Source: Escherichia coli (GTDB lineage Bacteria; Pseudomonadota; Gammaproteobacteria; Enterobacterales; Enterobacteriaceae). From it: a stretch of DNA of 64,000 nt. Each line of letters begins with the position of its first letter. The first letter of the stretch is position 1. Under the pieces are notes generated by a model. That model was not told the DNA's origin, did no database searches, and saw nothing but the letters and a program-made list of their open reading frames with translations. A program made the position numbers and the translations under genes. Below are positions 60,269-64,000 of the stretch, piece by piece. Where the stretch lies: the NCBI RefSeq assembly GCF_003991155.1, contig NZ_CP031293.1. One strand, written 5' to 3'.

Positions 60269-61723
60269 ATGAATAATAAGGGCTCCGGTCTGACCCCAGC
60301 TCAGGCACTGGATAAACTCGACGCGCTGTATGAGCAATCTGTAGTCGCATTACGCAACGCCATTGGCAAATATATTAGAAGTGGCGAATTACCTGATGAA
60401 AACGCCCGCAAACAAGGTCTTTTTGTCTATCCATCACTGACCGTAACCTGGGACGGTAGCACAACCAATCCCCCCAAAACGCGCGCATTTGGTCGTTTTA
60501 CTCACGCAGGCAGCTACACCACCACGATTACTCGCCCTACTCTCTTTCGTTCGTATCTTAATGAACAACTTACGTTGCTGTATCAGGATTATGGTGCGCA
60601 TATCTCGGTGCAACCCTCGCAGCATGAAATCCCTTATCCTTATGTCATCGATGGCTCTGAATTGACACTTGATCGCTCAATGAGCGCTGGGTTAACTCGC
60701 TACTTCCCGACAACAGAACTGGCGCAAATTGGCGATGAAACTGCAGACGGCATTTATCATCCAACTGAATTCTCCCCGCTATCGCATTTTGATGCGCGCC
60801 GCGTCGATTTTTCCCTCGCGCGGTTGCGCCATTATACCGGTACGCCAGTTGAACATTTTCAGCCGTTCGTCTTGTTTACCAACTACACACGTTATGTGGA
60901 TGAATTCGTTCGTTGGGGATGCAGCCAGATCCTCGATCCTGATAGTCCCTACATTGCCCTTTCTTGTGCTGGCGGGAACTGGATCACCGCCGAAACCGAA
61001 GCGCCAGAAGAAGCCATTTCCGACCTTGCATGGAAAAAACACCAGATGCCAGCATGGCATTTAATTACCGCCGATGGTCAGGGTATTACTCTGGTGAATA
61101 TTGGCGTGGGACCGTCAAATGCTAAAACCATCTGCGATCATCTGGCGGTGCTACGCCCGGATGTCTGGTTGATGATTGGTCACTGTGGTGGCTTACGTGA
61201 AAGCCAGGCCATTGGAGATTATGTACTTGCACACGCTTATTTACGCGATGACCACGTTCTTGATGCGGTACTGCCGCCCGATATTCCTATTCCGAGCATT
61301 GCTGAAGTGCAACGTGCGCTTTATGACGCTACCAAGTTAGTCAGCGGCAGGCCCGGAGAGGAAGTTAAACAGAGGCTACGTACTGGCACTGTGGTAACCA
61401 CAGATGACAGGAACTGGGAATTACGTTACTCAGCTTCTGCACTTCGTTTTAACTTAAGCCGGGCCGTAGCAATTGATATGGAAAGTGCAACCATTGCCGC
61501 GCAAGGATATCGTTTCCGCGTGCCATACGGGACACTACTGTGTGTTTCAGATAAACCGTTGCATGGTGAGATTAAACTTCCCGGTCAGGCTAACCGTTTT
61601 TATGAAGGCGCTATTTCCGAACACCTGCAAATTGGCATTCGGGCGATCGATTTGCTGCGCGCAGAAGGCGACCGACTGCATTCACGTAAATTACGAACCT
61701 TTAATGAACCGCCGTTCCGGTAA
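60269..61723 (+). CDS. amn: AMP nucleosidase
   Basis: Start MNNKGSGLTPAQALDKLDALYEQ at 60269 with AGGAG RBS (484 aa); recognised as Amn. Confidence 0.9.
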   Translation: MNNKGSGLTPAQALDKLDALYEQSVVALRNAIGKYIRSGELPDENARKQGLFVYPSLTVTWDGSTTNPPKTRAFGRFTHAGSYTTTITRPTLFRSYLNEQLTLLYQDYGAHISVQPSQHEIPYPYVIDGSELTLDRSMSAGLTRYFPTTELAQIGDETADGIYHPTEFSPLSHFDARRVDFSLARLRHYTGTPVEHFQPFVLFTNYTRYVDEFVRWGCSQILDPDSPYIALSCAGGNWITAETEAPEEAISDLAWKKHQMPAWHLITADGQGITLVNIGVGPSNAKTICDHLAVLRPDVWLMIGHCGGLRESQAIGDYVLAHAYLRDDHVLDAVLPPDIPIPSIAEVQRALYDATKLVSGRPGEEVKQRLRTGTVVTTDDRNWELRYSASALRFNLSRAVAIDMESATIAAQGYRFRVPYGTLLCVSDKPLHGEIKLPGQANRFYEGAISEHLQIGIRAIDLLRAEGDRLHSRKLRTFNEPPFR

Positions 61724-61782
61724 TAAGTTCTGTTCCTTTTTATCAGGAATAGATGTGAAGGATTTAGTAAGTCATCCAGCAA

Positions 61783-61808
61783 ATAGCCTGCAATAAAGCA
61801 GGCTGTTT
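61783..61808 (+). terminator. Rho-independent terminator after amn
   Basis: AGCCTGC-AATAAA-GCAGGCT hairpin followed by T-rich tail. Confidence 0.6.
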
Positions 61809-62064
61809 GCTTCCTGGGGCGGATACGAGTTTTATTATAGCCTTAATGATTTCCATATATTAAAAGCAAGTATGCTTTCAAAACACAATTATAAAAAAAT
61901 CCGCCAACGACATTAGTTTTTATGAGATTAAATATAATATTATGGCTTTAGAATATTTTTATTTCTAATAGACGAGATTTTTCCTGTTATGATATAATAT
62001 GCCGAATTAACACATGTTAACGATTTACCAGTAATGTAAATAAATTTTCGAGGAGATCATTCCA

Positions 62065-62781
62065 GTGGGACGTAAATGGGCCAATATTGTTGCTAAAAAA
62101 ACGGCTAAAGACGGTGCAACGTCTAAAATTTATGCAAAATTCGGTGTAGAAATCTATGCTGCTGCTAAACAAGGTGAACCCGATCCAGAATTAAACACAT
62201 CTTTAAAATTCGTTATTGAACGAGCAAAGCAGGCACAAGTTCCAAAGCATGTTATTGATAAAGCAATTGATAAAGCCAAAGGCGGCGGAGATGAAACGTT
62301 CGTGCAGGGCCGTTATGAAGGCTTTGGTCCTAATGGCTCAATGATTATCGCCGAGACCTTGACTTCAAATGTTAACCGTACGATTGCTAACGTTCGCACA
62401 ATTTTCAATAAAAAAGGCGGCAATATCGGAGCGGCAGGTTCTGTCAGCTATATGTTTGACAATACGGGTGTGATTGTATTTAAAGGAACAGACCCTGACC
62501 ATATTTTTGAAATTTTACTTGAAGCTGAAGTTGATGTTCGTGATGTGACTGAAGAAGAAGGTAATATTGTTATTTATACTGAACCTACTGACCTTCATAA
62601 AGGAATCGCGGCTCTAAAAGCAGCTGGAATCACTGAGTTCTCAACAACAGAATTAGAAATGATTGCTCAATCTGAAGTTGAGCTTTCCCCAGAAGATTTA
62701 GAAATCTTTGAAGGGCTTGTTGATGCCCTTGAAGATGACGACGATGTTCAAAAAGTTTATCATAACGTCGCAAATCTCTAA
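62065..62781 (+). CDS. yeeN: YebC/PmpR-family transcriptional regulator YeeN
   Basis: 238 aa; GTG start with GAGGAG RBS; recognised as YeeN. Confidence 0.85.
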
Positions 62782-62793
62782 TTATATTTTAAA

Positions 62794-62823
62794 GAAATCT
62801 GTCTTTATGGCAGATTTCTTTAA
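62794..62823 (+). terminator. Rho-independent terminator after yeeN
   Basis: AGAAATCTG-loop-CAGATTTCT followed by TTTAAT. Confidence 0.6.
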
Positions 62824-62839
62824 TCTCATATAATTCTTA

Positions 62840-63130
62840 TAAAGAATATAATATCCAGCTCGTCATATTGATTATAAAACCCACGCTCCCAGAGAAATAA
62901 TATTTATTAAAATTCCAGGCCTTCTTTTTCTGATTACAGAAGGCAAAGTGGCAATTACGTATAGTTTCCCGATAAAGACGTGACAGCAACATCCCGCATA
63001 AGGCATTTTTCTCTTTATCTTTGTACGGTGCTTCATGGAACAGAGTTTTTGACCTTGCGAATCGTGATGTCTGTTGGGGGGCAATTTGCTCACTGAAGCG
63101 TGAGACTCGATTAAGCACACGAAACACAGA
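62840..63130 (-). pseudogene. Decayed integrase 5' remnant next to the tRNA-flank sequence
   Basis: Reverse complement of 62990..63228 resembles the asnV-to-int leader and the first int codons (ttcagtgagcaaattgcccccca / acagacatcacgattcgcaaggtc vs ttcggtgagcaaacggagccccca / acagacaccgctattcgcaagact); frame broken. Confidence 0.4.
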
Positions 63131-63230
63131 AATCAAAAAACCCGGTCACTTTTTTACAAGGTAACCGGGTAAAAATGATTTTATTTTTTAACTGTCTTGA
63201 GACTCATAGAGATGTCTCAAAACTAAAATT

Positions 63231-63325
63231 TGGCTCCTCTGACTGGGATCGCCGTAGCCTTTAACAGGCTGATTGATAAGCTAAAACAAAAAATCGAGTT
63301 TGTCAAGACCACCAGACTGACCACC
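63231..63325 (-). repeat. Island-end repeat copy 3 with truncated tRNA-Asn 3' end (pseudo-tRNA / attR)
   Basis: Reverse complement matches copies 1 and 2; 63231..63246 is the tRNA 3' 16-mer; it is followed on the minus strand by the same flank that follows asnV (aattttagt[c/t]ttgagacatctc). Confidence 0.8.
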
Positions 63326-63496
63326 ATTTTTATTAGCGTATATTTTCGCTATGGGCATACTGTCTATTCATTTAACACATGCACGTCTTATTAGAGCGAA
63401 AAGTGTACATTTCAAAAATGCTTTAATAGGATTTCTAGCTATGATGCTAAAGTATCACTACTTTTATGGATATAAACTAGACAGGAATGATGTGTT

Positions 63497-64000
63497 ATGA
63501 AGTCCAGATTTGGACCAAATGGGGTGCATTTATTCGACCGAAATACAGGTCTGAACGTCCTCCTGGAGGAGTTACGCCCAAAGGAATCTGTTTGGTCCAT
63601 TTCTCCACGCCAGGTCTCGATTGCACTTACCAATCTTTGTGACCTTCGCTGCGCACATTGTTTTGCGCCCAAGCATAAGGCATTGCTACATACTGACCAA
63701 GTGCTTACTTGGTTAAAAGAACTGGATACTGAAGGATGCCTCGGTATCGGATTTGGTGGTGGAGAACCAACACTGCATCCTGATTTCGTCGAAATATGTA
63801 AACGGGCTGCTGGGGAAACTCATCTTGCAGTCACATTTACGACTCATGGTCACCGTCTGACCCAGCCATTGGTTAAAAAACTCAAAGGCTCGATCCACTT
63901 TGCGCGCATTAGCGTTGACGGGATAGGTCATACCTACGAAGAACAACGTGGAAGGCAGTTTTCAAGTTTACTCAGAGGCATTGAGTCGATCGCGAAATTG
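63497..64000 (+). CDS. Radical SAM domain protein, N-terminal part (continues beyond window end)
   Basis: ATG at 63497; frame open to the window end; CDLRCAHC (CxxxCxxC) cluster motif and GGGEP glycine-rich motif. Confidence 0.65.
   Translation, partial: MKSRFGPNGVHLFDRNTGLNVLLEELRPKESVWSISPRQVSIALTNLCDLRCAHCFAPKHKALLHTDQVLTWLKELDTEGCLGIGFGGGEPTLHPDFVEICKRAAGETHLAVTFTTHGHRLTQPLVKKLKGSIHFARISVDGIGHTYEEQRGRQFSSLLRGIESIAKL

Noticed and set aside
62837-63136. Minus-strand ORFs 62837..63136 (99 aa) and 62872..63120 (82 aa)
   Set aside because: Interpreted as the frame-broken remnant of an integrase 5' region next to the truncated tRNA flank rather than genes; Cys/Arg-rich composition

Overview
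This window reads as Enterobacteriaceae chromosome, E. coli-like: I recognise cbl, nac, a tRNA-Asn, yeeJ, yeeL, shiA, amn and yeeN by their protein sequences. Positions 1-19540 carry a complete type VI secretion system (T6SS) core set in two divergent operons (tssM-tssA-vasI-like-clpV-tssL-tssK-tssJ-tagH-tssG-tssF-tssE-tssC-tssB on the minus strand; hcp-vgrG-DUF2169 on the plus strand). It is followed by a PAAR-Rhs effector with an immunity gene, an array of orphan rhs C-terminal toxin/immunity cassettes, two ISAs1 (H-repeat) copies bracketing AT-rich cargo, and an AT-rich ORF that appears 5'-truncated. After cbl-nac and an intact tRNA-Asn comes a ~10.9 kb island (P4-like integrase, HigBA-like toxin-antitoxin pair, orphan rhs-CT, a second Rhs whose PAAR-coding 5' end is cut off at an IS3-family element, and a stand-alone PAAR gene). 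The rest is yeeJ (giant intimin/invasin-like adhesin with a tandem internal duplication), intact yeeL, shiA, amn, yeeN, an integrase remnant and the start of a radical SAM gene. Three copies of a ~95 bp repeat ending in the tRNA-Asn 3' terminus mark the island junctions. Nothing here can be shown to be a new system from sequence alone; the best candidates for uncharacterised function are the Rhs toxin tips with their immunity genes, the ISAs1-bracketed AT-rich module, the truncated AT-rich ORF and the module downstream of the IS3 element. All family assignments rest on motif recognition by eye, not on database searches.
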